Source: Bacillota bacterium (lineage in GTDB: Bacteria; Bacillota; Sulfobacillia; Sulfobacillales; JAIMBI01). From it: a DNA stretch of 64,000 bases. Where the stretch lies: positions 21,612-85,611 of the forward strand of contig JAJZWS010000002.1 in the NCBI GenBank assembly GCA_021846565.1. The letters are read 5' to 3'. The position numbers and the translations under genes are program-made. The notes beneath the pieces are model-generated. The model saw only the letters and a list, made by a program, of their open reading frames with translations, was not told the origin of the DNA and did no database searches. Position 1 is the stretch's first letter, and each line of letters starts with the position of its first letter. Of the stretch, positions 37,800-47,569 are shown piece by piece.

Positions 37800-39050
37800 A
37801 TGGGGTGGCTGTGGGTGGCGCTGGTCGTCGTGGTGGGGTACTGGCTCGTGCCGGAACTTATCGGGCACCACGGACAGGCGGGCGCCTTTGCGGGGAGCGG
37901 GGCCGAGAACCGGCTGGCCCTCACCTTCGACGACGGTCCCGGGCCGGACACGCTGGCCGTGCTGGACGTGCTGCGCCAGTACGGGGTCTGCGCGACGTTT
38001 TTTGTCGTCGCCGAGGAGGCGGCCCGGTACCCAGCGATCGTCGAGCGCATGGTGGCGGACGGCCACGAGGTGGCTTTGCACGGCTGGCACCACCGGTCGG
38101 CTCTCTTGCTGGCACCGTGGACGACCTGGCGCGAAGTGGCCCGCGGCCGGGCGCTGGTGGCGGCCGCGGCCGGGCGGCCGCCGCGCTTCTATCGGCCCCC
38201 GTGGGGCCACCACAACCTCATCACCTGGCTGGTCCCGGGGCTCTTGGGTCTTCGTCGGGTGCTGTGGTCCATTGCTCCCGACGACTGGCGGTCCGACCGC
38301 TCGCCCGACGCCATCGCGCGGCACGTGGTGCGGTTCGCTCTGCCCGGGGCCGTCGTGGTGCTGCACGATGGCGGGGGGGACCGCACCCGGACGGTGTCCG
38401 CGCTGCCCGCCATGATTCTAGGGCTCCGACGCCTGGGACTGGACCTCGTGCCCCTCGGCGCGCTTGGGGAAGAACGCGCCTGGGTTCGTAAGATATGGGC
38501 ATGGCGCGAGGGAGCCTTCACACGGCGCTATCGCGTGGAGACGGTGGCAGCGCCCGATGGGGGCCCGCCGGTACTGCGGGTGGGTCGCGCGGTGTACCGG
38601 GGCCCCGCCCTCCCGGGGGCGGCGGCAGAGGACCCGTCAATTCGCGCCGGGGCCCCAATGGCGGAAATTCACTTTCAGAACTACACGCTGGGCCAAGCGA
38701 GCGGCGACCGTGCGGGAGGACTGCGCGCCTGGGTGCGCGTGGGCCAGAGCCTGCCCGAGTTGGGCCGGTGGGTGGCCCAGAACACTGCTCTCGCCGACGT
38801 CGCGCTGGTGGGGGGCGTGACGGTGCTGGACGTGGGCCGGGCGGTGGAGCGCCTGGGCTTTCACCGGCGGGAGATGGGGGGGCTCGCCATGCTGCCGATG
38901 CGGCTGTATCTAATATTCCTGATGGTGGTGTTTCACCGCCAGGGGCTCCGGGTGCTGCGGCGCCTTGCGCGGCTGAAACCCGTGCTCATCTACATGACGC
39001 GCCAAGAATTTTTGGCGCGCTATGGGCCCGGGGCACCGAAGCGGGGGTAG
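37800..39050 (+). CDS. polysaccharide deacetylase (NodB domain) with N-terminal TM segment and about 200-aa C-terminal extension
   Basis: LTFDDGPGPDT, HEVALHGWHH, YRPPWG. Starts 2 nt after the MFS stop. The extension ends with a hydrophobic segment (LAMLPMRLYLIFLMVVF). Confidence 0.8.
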   Translation: MGWLWVALVVVVGYWLVPELIGHHGQAGAFAGSGAENRLALTFDDGPGPDTLAVLDVLRQYGVCATFFVVAEEAARYPAIVERMVADGHEVALHGWHHRSALLLAPWTTWREVARGRALVAAAAGRPPRFYRPPWGHHNLITWLVPGLLGLRRVLWSIAPDDWRSDRSPDAIARHVVRFALPGAVVVLHDGGGDRTRTVSALPAMILGLRRLGLDLVPLGALGEERAWVRKIWAWREGAFTRRYRVETVAAPDGGPPVLRVGRAVYRGPALPGAAAEDPSIRAGAPMAEIHFQNYTLGQASGDRAGGLRAWVRVGQSLPELGRWVAQNTALADVALVGGVTVLDVGRAVERLGFHRREMGGLAMLPMRLYLIFLMVVFHRQGLRVLRRLARLKPVLIYMTRQEFLARYGPGAPKRG

Positions 39051-39140
39051 ACCAAGGAGGCAGCGGGCCGGGCGCGGGGTCTGCTACTCTTACGGTAGCG
39101 CGAGTGCGGGTCCGCTCGCCGAAAGGGGTCGACGACACCG

Positions 39141-39590
39141 ATGCAATTGAAGAGTCAGGTGACGATGGCCGCTCCGCCCGCGGTGGTGTACCAGGCGCTG
39201 ACGGCGCCCGAGAGCCTGGTACAAACCATGCCGGGGTTGAAGCAACTGACGCCCGTGGGACCGGGGAAGTACGACGCGGTGCTGGAGCTGGGCATCTCGG
39301 CGGTCCGAGGACGATACGCCGGGACCATGGAGATCCTCAACCCCGATCCTCCCAAGGGCTATCGGCTGGAACTGGACGGCAAGGGCCCGGGCGCCTTCGT
39401 GCACGTGGTGCTGACGGTCGCGATTGCTCCGTCGGACGCGGGCAGCCTGGTCCAGTATGAAGGGGAGGCCCAGGTGGGCGGCACGCTCGCGGGCATCGGG
39501 CAGCGGGTCATGGGAGGCGTCTCGCAGATGCTCCTCACGCAGTTCTTCCAGTCGGTGGGTCGGGCGGCCGAACGCCGGGCCCAGGGATAG
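39141..39590 (+). CDS. coxG: CoxG/SRPBCC family protein
   Basis: 149 aa with PGLKQL..GKYDAVLELGISAVRGRYAGTMEI..GGTLAGIGQRVMGGVSQML. Confidence 0.75.
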   Translation: MQLKSQVTMAAPPAVVYQALTAPESLVQTMPGLKQLTPVGPGKYDAVLELGISAVRGRYAGTMEILNPDPPKGYRLELDGKGPGAFVHVVLTVAIAPSDAGSLVQYEGEAQVGGTLAGIGQRVMGGVSQMLLTQFFQSVGRAAERRAQG

Positions 39591-39594
39591 CCGC

Positions 39595-40614
39595 ATGACC
39601 GGACTGACAGAAGCCCAGCGGATATGGGATGCGGTCCTGGCGGCCGAAGCCCGAGGTCAGCGGGCGCTCCTGGCGGAGATTGTGGCGGTCGTGGGGTCTG
39701 CGTACCGGCGTCCCGGCGCGTTGATGATGATGGCCTCCGATGGCCGCATGGAGGGCACACTGAGCGGAGGGTGTCTCGAGGGGGACCTGTACGTGCGGGC
39801 AGAGCCGCTCTTTGTTGACGCCCCATCGTTCGTCGTGGACTACGATTTAGCCGAGGACGAAATGTGGTCGCTGGGTATCGGATGCAAGGGCGAGATTCGG
39901 GTCTGGGTGCGACGTCCGCCGGATGGGGCTGACCGCGCCCGCTGGGCCAAGGCGCTGGCGACGGGCGGCGTCCTGTACGCACCGCTGCCGCTCGGCGCCG
40001 ACCGGGTGTGGCTGCCGGGCGAGGCCCATCCGGATGGCGAGCTGGGTCAGGCGGTCGCCGCCGCGTGGGAAGGGGCTGAGCCTCGCGTGGTCGAGCCCGG
40101 CGCCTGGTTTGTGCGGGCCTGGCGGCCCGCGCCGCGGCTGGTGGTGGTGGGGGCCGGGCATGACGCGGAGCCCGTGGCGCAGCTGGCCCAGCGCATGGGA
40201 TTTCAGGTGGTGGTGGTCGACCCGCGCGAGGCATTCAACGATGAGCGCCGGTTTCCGGGTGCGCGGCACGTGGTGTTGGAGGCCAGCACCCTCACGGCCC
40301 AGCGATACCCCGAACTGCTGGACGCCCATTGGGTCGTGATGAACCACCACAAGGAGCGTGACGGGGCGGCGCTGCGCGCCGCCCTGGCGATGCGTCCACG
40401 GTTTGTGGGCGCGCTTGGCCCCTGGTCGCGTACGGCCGAGCTTCTGGAGGGGGTGGCTGGCATCGAACGGGTACACGGCCCCCTCGGGCTGGACGTGGGG
40501 GCGGAAACCCCCGATGAGGTGGCCCTCTCGATCGTGGCCGAGTTGATGGCCGCTGACCGGGGCAAGAGCGGTGCCACGCTGAACCGCAGAGACCGGGTGC
40601 ATGCCGTCCGCTGA
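39595..40614 (+). CDS. XdhC/CoxI-family molybdoenzyme maturation protein
   Basis: GSAYRRPGALMM, GTLSGGCLEGD, LVVVGAGHDAEPV, GLDVGAETPDEVALSIVAEL. Confidence 0.8.
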   Translation: MTGLTEAQRIWDAVLAAEARGQRALLAEIVAVVGSAYRRPGALMMMASDGRMEGTLSGGCLEGDLYVRAEPLFVDAPSFVVDYDLAEDEMWSLGIGCKGEIRVWVRRPPDGADRARWAKALATGGVLYAPLPLGADRVWLPGEAHPDGELGQAVAAAWEGAEPRVVEPGAWFVRAWRPAPRLVVVGAGHDAEPVAQLAQRMGFQVVVVDPREAFNDERRFPGARHVVLEASTLTAQRYPELLDAHWVVMNHHKERDGAALRAALAMRPRFVGALGPWSRTAELLEGVAGIERVHGPLGLDVGAETPDEVALSIVAELMAADRGKSGATLNRRDRVHAVR

Positions 40615-41233
40615 GTGGCTGCCGGTGGTGTTGGCGGCGGGACTTTCCCGGCGCATGGGGGCGCCGAAGCTGGCGCTGGCGCACGACGGCGTGTCGGTAC
40701 TGGCGGCCAGCGTGGATGCGGTGCGCCGAGCGACGGGCCAAGCGCCACTGGTGGTCGCGCCAGCCGCCGGCCCGGTTTTTGCTCTCGCCTCCCACTTGGG
40801 GGTGGTGGCGGCGCTGAATCCGGCGCCGGAGCGCGGGCTCTCCGCCTCGCTCGCCATCGCAGCCCGCGCGGCGGGACGGCGCGGCCTGCTGGTGTTTTTG
40901 GGTGACGAGCCCGAGGTGTCTGGGGCGGCCGTGGCCGCCGTGGCGGCGACCGTCGCGCGATGGCCGGAGGCTCAGTTGGTGGTACCCCGGTTTCGGGGCG
41001 ACGTGCCGGGCCACCCGGTGTATGCGGCGCGGAGCCTGTTGGCGGGGGTGGACCGGCTCAGAGGGGATCGGGGGGCCCGGGCACTCGCGGTCGGCCTGCC
41101 ACCGAACCGGGTGCACGCGGTGGCGGTGGACGAGGTGCCGCCAGGGGATCTTGACACGCCAGAGGATTGGGAGCGGTTTCAGCAGCAGCGCTTGGGGGCC
41201 GAGAGAGATCCTTCGGAGCCCGAGCCGAGTTAA
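40601..41233 (+). CDS. MobA/MocA-like nucleotidyltransferase (molybdenum cofactor cytidylyl/guanylyl-transferase)
   Basis: VVLAAGLSRRMGAPKL, FLGDEP. Overlaps the xdhC-like gene by 14 nt. Confidence 0.75.
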   Translation: MPSAEWLPVVLAAGLSRRMGAPKLALAHDGVSVLAASVDAVRRATGQAPLVVAPAAGPVFALASHLGVVAALNPAPERGLSASLAIAARAAGRRGLLVFLGDEPEVSGAAVAAVAATVARWPEAQLVVPRFRGDVPGHPVYAARSLLAGVDRLRGDRGARALAVGLPPNRVHAVAVDEVPPGDLDTPEDWERFQQQRLGAERDPSEPEPS

Positions 41234-41250
41234 TCGGGGAGGCGAATCAC

Positions 41251-43350
41251 GTGGCAGACGACAGCCCCATCACGGCAGCCGGACGGAAACACGAAGTGGA
41301 TCCGGAGTTCAATAGGGACCTCAATCCGGAGTTGGAACAGTTGTTTTCCGGGCGCCTGGCGTGGCGGCCGGACCCCAAGATGGTGCGGCAGGCCAACCTC
41401 ACGCGCTTTCTGGCTACGTGGGAGCTGGCGGACCTGGATGCCTTAAGGCGTCGCGCAGCCGCGCATCCCGAGTGGTTTTGGGACGCGGTGGTGAAAGACA
41501 TCGGGTGGCACTTTGCGAAACCATACGACGAGGTGTTGGATCTGTCGCAGGGAGCACACTGGCCACGATGGTTCACCGGTGGCACCACCAACCTGGCCAG
41601 CACGTGCCTCGACCGCCACGCCACGGGGTCGCTCCGCAACCGTCTGGCGGTGATCTGGGAGGGAGAGGAAGGCGCCGTCGCCAAGCTCACCTACCGGGAG
41701 CTGTACCAGGAGGCCAACCGCCTGGCCAACGCGATGGCGGCTCGAGGGGTCGGGCCCGGCACGGTGGTGGGGCTTTATCTCCCCATGATCCCCGAGGCCG
41801 TCGTGGCCACCTACGCGGTGGCCAAGCTGGGGGCCGCCTACGTGCCCCTGTTTTCCGGCTACGGGGCCGAGGCGTTGGCCACGCGGCTTCAGGACTCGGG
41901 CGCCAGCTGGCTCATCTGCGCCGATGGCTTCCACCGCCGCGGGCGGCGGGTGGACATGAAAAGCGTGGCCGACCAAGCGGTAGCGGAGTGTCCCGGGGTG
42001 GAGCGTGTGCTGGTTGTGAACCGAACGGGAAAGCCCACCCCGATGGCTACCGGCCGCGATCACTGGTGGCACGAGCTGGTCGCCGACGCCGACACCACGC
42101 CGCGGACCGAGGCCGTCGACAGCGAGCATCCCTTCATGGTGATTTACACCTCGGGAACCTCCGGCCGTCCCAAGGGGGCCGTGCACGTCCATCCGGGATT
42201 TCCCCTAAAGGCGGCGCAGGACCTTTTGCACTGCTTTGACCTGAAATCCAGCGACACGCTGTTTTGGTTCACGGACATGGGGTGGATGATGGGACCGTGG
42301 GAAGTGCTGGGCGGAATGGCGCTCGGCGCCACCGTGCTGCTTTACGACGGCAGCCCCGACTACCCCGGACCGGACCGATTGTGGTCGTTGGTGGAGCGGC
42401 ACGGCGTCACGGTGCTGGGGATTTCCCCCACCGCGATTCGCGGACTGATGGCCGCCGGCACGGCCCCCGTGCAGCAGCACGACCGGACCAGCCTGCGCAT
42501 TTTGGGATCCACCGGCGAGCCGTGGACGCCCGAGGCGTGGGAGTGGTTTTTCCAAGTGGTAGGCGGCGCGCGCTGTCCCATCATTAATTACTCGGGCGGC
42601 ACCGAGATTTCCGGCGGCATCTTGTCCGGCTTCCCCACCGAGCCATCGAAGCCGTGCGCGTTTGGGGGTCCGGTGCCAGGGATGGCTGCCGTCATCCTGG
42701 ACGAGGCCGGGAACCCGGCTCCCCCCGGCACCGTGGGCGAACTGGCCCTCACGGCGCCGTGGCCGGGTATGACGCGCGGGTTCTGGAAGGATCCGGCGCG
42801 CTATGAAGACACGTATTGGTCGCGCGTTCCGGACACCTGGGTGCATGGCGACTTTGCCGTGGTGGACCCCGACGGCTTCTGGTACATACTGGGGCGCAGT
42901 GACGACACCATTAAGATGGCGGGCAAGCGCCTGGGCCCGGCCGAAGCCGAGGGGGCGCTGGCCGCGCATTCCGCCGTACGGGAAGCGGCCGCCATCGGGG
43001 TGCCGCATCCCGTCAAAGGTGAGGTGCTGGTCTTGTTCTGTGTGCTGCACGCGGGCCACGCTTGGGACGACCGGCTGGAAGCGGAGTTGTCCGCCACGGT
43101 GGCGGGCCACCTGGGCAAGGCGCTGAAGCCCGACCGCATCCACGCCGTCACGGAATTGCCCAAAACCCGCAACGGCAAGGTGGTGCGGCGCGCGCTCAAA
43201 GCCGCGTATCTGGGACGGGACCCCGGCGACGTGTCCGCCATCGAGAACCTGGGCGCGCTCGACGCCGTCGCCCGGCTGAAGCCGGATGACGGCGCCCGGC
43301 AGATCTCACTCGATGGGGGGAGCCCCGTCGGGGGCGGGGTCGGGGGTTGA
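41251..43350 (+). CDS. AMP-forming acyl-CoA synthetase (acetyl-/acetoacetyl-CoA synthetase-like)
   Basis: YTSGTSGRPKG, YSGGTEISG, GRSDDTIKMAGKRLGPAE, LPKTRNGKVVRR. GGGAGG RBS before the GTG at 41251. Confidence 0.85.
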   Translation: MADDSPITAAGRKHEVDPEFNRDLNPELEQLFSGRLAWRPDPKMVRQANLTRFLATWELADLDALRRRAAAHPEWFWDAVVKDIGWHFAKPYDEVLDLSQGAHWPRWFTGGTTNLASTCLDRHATGSLRNRLAVIWEGEEGAVAKLTYRELYQEANRLANAMAARGVGPGTVVGLYLPMIPEAVVATYAVAKLGAAYVPLFSGYGAEALATRLQDSGASWLICADGFHRRGRRVDMKSVADQAVAECPGVERVLVVNRTGKPTPMATGRDHWWHELVADADTTPRTEAVDSEHPFMVIYTSGTSGRPKGAVHVHPGFPLKAAQDLLHCFDLKSSDTLFWFTDMGWMMGPWEVLGGMALGATVLLYDGSPDYPGPDRLWSLVERHGVTVLGISPTAIRGLMAAGTAPVQQHDRTSLRILGSTGEPWTPEAWEWFFQVVGGARCPIINYSGGTEISGGILSGFPTEPSKPCAFGGPVPGMAAVILDEAGNPAPPGTVGELALTAPWPGMTRGFWKDPARYEDTYWSRVPDTWVHGDFAVVDPDGFWYILGRSDDTIKMAGKRLGPAEAEGALAAHSAVREAAAIGVPHPVKGEVLVLFCVLHAGHAWDDRLEAELSATVAGHLGKALKPDRIHAVTELPKTRNGKVVRRALKAAYLGRDPGDVSAIENLGALDAVARLKPDDGARQISLDGGSPVGGGVGG

Positions 43351-44606
43351 GGGAAGCAATGTCATGAGCGGGCGGCTGCGGAGCAGCAGCAGGCCAGAGA
43401 GCGCCATCCAGATGCCGCCCGCGGCCATAATGACGCCTGCGCCCGCCGTGGTGGCGAGGATTCCGCCGACCAGCGCGGTCGCCGGCGCCGCGGCACCCTC
43501 GACGGTCCCCAGGAGGCCAAACGTGCGGCCCATGAGCGCGGGAGGGACCGACGCCTGAAACAGGGCATTGAACGTGGCGCCGCCCAGCGTCTGCCCAAAC
43601 CCGGCCAGGGCGTACAGCCCCAGGGAGAGGAGGAGCACGTGCGAGAAGCCCAAGGCCGCCATGGCGCACCCCGCCATGGCGGTCGTGGCCAGCATGAGGG
43701 GAGCCATGGCGATCCGACGCGTGGCCCACGCCGTGACCAGCCCCCCGGCGACACTGCCCACAACGGCGCCGGCCTCCACCAATCCCAAGGCCGCCGGTCC
43801 CCCCGGCAGGTTCCGGAACACGACCACAGGCAGCAAGGCCAGCACCGCTCCGCCGCCCATGGTCCCCACACCGGCCCACAGGGCAAGCGTTTTGAGAGCG
43901 GGCTCTAGCCCGATGCCTGCCCAGCCCTCCCGGAGCTCTTGCACAAATTGGCGCTTGGGCGGGTCCCGATCTGTGAGTGACGGGGGGGCGGACGCCGGTG
44001 TGAAACGGAGCATCGCCAGCGCCGCCACCGCCAACACGAACGACCCACGTCAATGAACCCGCTCACCACCGCGCCCACCGCGGCCACCACGACCCCGCCC
44101 ACCGACGCGGCGAAAAAGCCGTTGGCGGACCCCACGGACTGGAATAAGCCGTTGCCCGCGGCCAGCTGGTCGCGGGGCAGGATGCGGCTCATGACGCTGT
44201 GAAAGGCGGGCCGCTCCATCATCGCGGCCGCCGTCAGGGCAAACAGGGCGGCATAAATTGCCCACACGCCCAGCACGTGACGGAAGGCCAGCACCGCCGT
44301 CAGCAGCACCACGCCGGTGCTCACCACGTTCACGCCCATCAGGGTGCGTCGGCGGTCCCAACGGTCGACGTATACGCCAGCCACGGGACCCGAGAGCGTG
44401 ACCGCGAGCCGCTGGGCGACAGAGACGGCCGCCGTATTAAGCGCCGAGTGTGTGTCCTGATACACGAACCACACCAGCGCGATGGAGAAGATGGCGTCGC
44501 CCCAGCTGGAAAGATTCTGTCCCACCATGAGGGTGACGTAGTTCCGGCTGCGCAGAGGGGCCCACAGCGAAGGGCGGCGCCGCTCCGTGCGGTCGTGCTG
44601 GTCCAT
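43306..44606 (-). pseudogene. MFS transporter, single frameshift near 44040-44050
   Basis: The N-terminal half (44606 frame, VDRWDRRRTL) and C-terminal half (44037 frame) are contiguous. Restoring one G after GTGGG rejoins ..SGFIDVGSFVLAVAALAML.. Confidence 0.6.
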
Positions 44607-44661
44607 GGTGCCTCCCGACGGGGTGTTTTACCCCACCCATCGGGAGCGCGGGCGAAAAGGT

Positions 44662-45759
44662 TCAGCGCCGGCGGGCCTGCACCACCGGCGCCTGGGGCAG
44701 GCCCGCGCAGTCGCGCCACACCAGGACCTGACGCCCGTGCACGATGCTGGCGTGATGCGGTTCGGGGTAAGCCTGCTCGACCGCCAGCGTGGCGGGCAGT
44801 TCCACGACCGTCGCGCCGCTGCCGCCGTCGGGATACGAGATGTCCAGCCGGAGCTCAACGTGGTGGCGTCCAATTTCCAGCGCGCCAATGCGCTCGGCAT
44901 CAGCGGCGCGGCCGTGCGTGCGGATGCGGAGCGTGGAGCCGTGGCGCGGATACAAGGCATAGGTCCATAGCGGGGGATTGGCCGACGGGGTGCGGTGGAC
45001 GCGACCCAGGAGGCTTTCTCCGCGCGCATTGCGCAGCAGCGTGATGGCTCCAAAGTCAGCCCGGGCCGATCCATAGGCCGACGACCTCTGGGGTTCGTGC
45101 CGCCAGGGATAATGGCACTGGCAATCCAGTGACACGCCCAGCAGGCTGTCCCACGTGAAGTAGGACAGCTGGAATGGCGCATCGGGGGCCCCCACGGCTG
45201 CCAGCCGATGCCAGGCGGCGCGCTCGCGTCGGCAGGCGGCGCAAGGCACGACGCCCCACACATCGCTGTTGGCGTGGTCGCAGGCCGCATCGTCTCCGCG
45301 GCGCTCGTGGTGCCAGTCGCTGAGCTGCCGCCGGAGCGCCTGACTCTCGTGGTGGAGACGCGACTTAACCGTGCCCAGAGGCAAGCCAAACTGGCGCGCC
45401 AAGTCCGAAAGCGTCCAATCGTCGATGACCCGCCGCCAAACGAGGCTCCCGGCCGCGACGCCGCACTGCTGGAGGAGGTGGCGGGTGAAGTCCGGTTCAT
45501 GGTCGTCGGGTGGGGAAAGGGCCCCCGGATCGGCAGGACTGCCGGCGCGGTGCCAGTCCGCGGCCCGGCGATCCGCCAGGGTGCGGAGATACGCGCGGCG
45601 CTGGCCCCGCTCGCAGTAGTGGGAGCCAGCGGCCCAAAATGAGGCCCAAACCTCCTGCAACACGTCTTCGACCGCTTCGGTCGGGACTCGCTGGCCCACG
45701 TGCCGAGCGAGCCACGGCCCGTCGTCGTGCAGGAGTTGGTCCCAGTCACGTTGGTTCAT
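44662..45759 (-). CDS. ECF sigma factor fused to a Cys/His-containing linker and an unassigned C-terminal domain of about 190 aa
   Basis: Region 2 (VEDVLQEVWASFW..AYLRTLADRRAADWHR). Region 4 (WTLSDLARQFGLPLGTVKSRLHHESQALRRQL). Then CDH-x12-CAAC, and a beta-rich tail with no TM segment. Confidence 0.7.
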   Translation of the reverse strand: MNQRDWDQLLHDDGPWLARHVGQRVPTEAVEDVLQEVWASFWAAGSHYCERGQRRAYLRTLADRRAADWHRAGSPADPGALSPPDDHEPDFTRHLLQQCGVAAGSLVWRRVIDDWTLSDLARQFGLPLGTVKSRLHHESQALRRQLSDWHHERRGDDAACDHANSDVWGVVPCAACRRERAAWHRLAAVGAPDAPFQLSYFTWDSLLGVSLDCQCHYPWRHEPQRSSAYGSARADFGAITLLRNARGESLLGRVHRTPSANPPLWTYALYPRHGSTLRIRTHGRAADAERIGALEIGRHHVELRLDISYPDGGSGATVVELPATLAVEQAYPEPHHASIVHGRQVLVWRDCAGLPQAPVVQARRR

Positions 45760-45801
45760 GGCGGCCTCCCGACGCTTTATGGCAGGCGCCGCCGCCGGTC
45801 G

Positions 45802-46239
45802 TCAGCTGGCGGAAACGGTTACCTCGCGCATGTGGTCGCCGGCCCGCACGGCGTCGACCACGTCAAGCCCATCGACGACCTGGCCAAATACCGTGTGCTT
45901 GCCGTCCAGGTGGGGCTGGGGACTGTGGCAAATGAAAAACTGCGATCCTCCGGTGTCCTTGCCGGCGTGGGCCATCGAGAGGCTGCCCCGCACGTGCTTG
46001 TGGGGGTTGCCGGCCGTTTCGCACTTGATGGTGTAGCCCGGGCCGCCCGTGCCGTCGCCCTTGGGGCACCCGCCCTGAATCACGAAGTTGGGAATGACGC
46101 GGTGAAAGGTCAGCCCGTTGTAGAAGCCGGACTCGGCCAGCTTGGTGAAGTTGGCCACCGTGCCGGGTGCTTCCCCGGGGAACAGCTCCAGCACAATGTC
46201 ACCCTTGTCGGTCGTCATATGAACAGTGGGATTGGCCAT
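45802..46239 (-). CDS. ppiB: cyclophilin-type peptidyl-prolyl isomerase
   Basis: [40 protein letters not shown] lies 9 nt before the ATG at 46239. The ORF-track extension to 46422 is rejected. Confidence 0.9.
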   Translation of the reverse strand: MANPTVHMTTDKGDIVLELFPGEAPGTVANFTKLAESGFYNGLTFHRVIPNFVIQGGCPKGDGTGGPGYTIKCETAGNPHKHVRGSLSMAHAGKDTGGSQFFICHSPQPHLDGKHTVFGQVVDGLDVVDAVRAGDHMREVTVSAS

Positions 46240-46900
46240 GTCAATACACTCCTTTGGGGTCGGCGGCGCGCCGACCCTGCAAAGGCACGGTATCGCACTT
46301 GACCGGCACGGACAAGGGCGGGGGCGTGGCGACACCGCGATCGCGAGGCGTGACTCGCTGGAGGCCGTCCCTGCCCCCGCGTTCCTCGGTAGCCTGATGC
46401 GGGGACGCGAGGAATCCGGCAACCCCCCATTTTCCGGCCATGCGGCATGATCTCCGAGTCCAGGGCGTCTCGGGGGTCACCGTTGGCCGCGTCGTGTGCG
46501 GGCGGCCTACGGGCCGAAGAGGGGGTGGGCGGCGGTCCGGAGCCGGTGCACGCGCTAGAGGCCACCCAATGGGCGATCGAGGTCGTGTCGCTACGGTGGC
46601 GGGTCTGGATGGCCAGGTCCGCTTTTCGGCGTCACTGTGCTGGGCAGGATTGCCGGCGGCTGGGAACCTGCCTCTTGCGGGCTTGATGCCGCCCCCATCG
46701 CCGGCTGACCTCTCGCGAGCGCCATGCAGCCGTCCGGACGTTGGACAGACCCAGGCCCGCATGAAGGGGACCCACGATGAGATCCGGGCGGGAACAGCGC
46801 CAGTGGCTCATCCCCGGAAATCAGTCCACACGCAGGGGGATGTGACGGGAGGGCGGGCAGGGTGGTGCGCACGCCTGCAGGGCGCCACCTGTCGACGCCT

Positions 46901-47314
46901 TTAGGGGTGGTCGTCAGGGGACTGCGCCCCCCGCTTAAGCATCTCGCGGTCGAAGGTATAGACTCGATGATGGGGTAGGTAACTCAACAGGACGCAGTCG
47001 GCCCAGTCCAACCGGCTGGCGGAAAACAGCTGTAGGGCATCCAATGTTGCCTGCCGGTCCGCGACGTCGAGGCCATCCAGCTGCAGAAAGTGCAACAACT
47101 CCTCGGCCACCGCCTGCCGCGTCAGACCGAGGCCGGACGGTGATACCGCGACATACACGACCTCCGACAGCACCACCGGATGGAGGGCGAGACGAACCAG
47201 CCCACGCCGTGCCGCGTCGAAAAGTTGCTCGGCTCCATCCGCCTGTTCGGGCGGCCAACCTTGGAGAAATCGCAAGATGACGTTGGCATCTACGAAGGCA
47301 GTGCCGCCGCCCAT
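46901..47314 (-). CDS. vapC: PIN-domain ribonuclease toxin
   Basis: FVDANVILRF. Acidic residues are spaced as in PIN domains. The start abuts the vapB stop. Confidence 0.8.
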   Translation of the reverse strand: MGGGTAFVDANVILRFLQGWPPEQADGAEQLFDAARRGLVRLALHPVVLSEVVYVAVSPSGLGLTRQAVAEELLHFLQLDGLDVADRQATLDALQLFSASRLDWADCVLLSYLPHHRVYTFDREMLKRGAQSPDDHP

Positions 47315-47569
47315 CTAGTCCTCCTCGCGGTAGTGCGCGGCCCAGTCGCTCGCGCGTTGCTGACGCAGTGGAGCCAAGTCCTCCACGGGAACGGCAGTGC
47401 GCCACACCCCTTTGAAACTGGACAGCGCTCGCTTCCGAATGGGAGTCAGTACAATGTCGTCTCCGCGGAATTCAAATCCCACGCGGTCTCCAGGTTCCAG
47501 GCGCGCCGCCTCCCGAATGGGTTGCGGGATACTAATTTGTCCCTTGGAACTCAACTTGGCGATTAACAT
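47315..47569 (-). CDS. vapB: AbrB/SpoVT-MazE-type antitoxin
   Basis: AKLSSKGQISIPQPIREAARLEPGDRVGFEF. AAGGAGG RBS lies 8 nt before the ATG at 47569. Confidence 0.8.
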   Translation of the reverse strand: MLIAKLSSKGQISIPQPIREAARLEPGDRVGFEFRGDDIVLTPIRKRALSSFKGVWRTAVPVEDLAPLRQQRASDWAAHYREED

